A stretch of DNA of 63,998 nucleotides, counting the filler, from Octopus bimaculoides (Eukaryota): NCBI RefSeq assembly GCF_001194135.2. It is 5 parts of 5 records of this genome, joined end to end, with 100 filler letters (N's around TTAATTAATTAA, not from the genome) between each part and the next. Parts side by side here need not be neighbours in the genome. Positions count along the whole stretch, not along the records: positions 53,156 to 63,998 come from NC_068995.1; 4 more parts are not named here. The stretch is one strand, 5' to 3'. The notes below the pieces were generated by a model. That model searched no databases and had not been told where the DNA came from. It saw nothing but the letters and a program-made list of their open reading frames with translations. A program made the translations under genes and the position numbers. Position 1 is the stretch's first letter. Every line of letters begins with the position of its first letter. Shown here in pieces: positions 63,761 through 63,998 of the stretch.

Positions 63761-63998
63761 TAGATTAGAAAATGAGAGAAGGGGAAAGCTTCCCTGGTGT
63801 TGGATGACCTGTACTTGAAAACATATATACATATATATAAATATATAGTTTTAGGGAAAAGAACCAAGGTTCATGAACTCATCGATGAAAATCCACTGTC
63901 ACATATAGAAAAAATAATAATAAAAAGCACAATAAATGACTATAATATAATACAAAGTATGAATATATATATTGAGAGATATATACATATGTCTATAT

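Overview
Eukaryotic, AT-rich window packed with microsatellites and repeats, with roughly 7 kb of N gaps. The SINE families and the (TA)/(CA)/(TATG)/(TATC) load suggest a coleoid cephalopod, probably an octopus draft assembly; this is inferred from pattern recognition, not from a search. I can support no intact protein-coding gene, CRISPR array or rRNA. Nearly every ORF in the track is a microsatellite or gap artefact. The interpretable content is decayed non-LTR retrotransposons (RTE endonuclease, RTE/RTEX-like RT tail, CR1-like, two R4/Dong-like lineages), three tRNA-headed SINE families (my labels A, B, C), MITE/foldback elements and a Helentron-type non-autonomous element. Best leads: (1) a ~1.6 kb single-ORF, apparently ORF1-only non-LTR element at 54174-55755, bounded by a 6-bp target-site duplication (TSD) and sitting inside a SINE whose empty site can be rebuilt within the window. 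Its 3' tail is shared with one SINE subfamily, and two possible older relatives with decayed CCHC knuckles lie elsewhere. (2) A minimal Penelope-type hammerhead ribozyme motif at 6381-6415 (-). (3) An R4/Dong-like family whose three assessable junctions all abut (CATA)n in the same orientation. (4) Long hairpins and inverted repeats that could be dsRNA/ADAR substrates. Four 44N-TTAATTAATTAA-44N linkers are artificial joins, so adjacency across them is not guaranteed. Boundaries of decayed repeats are approximate.
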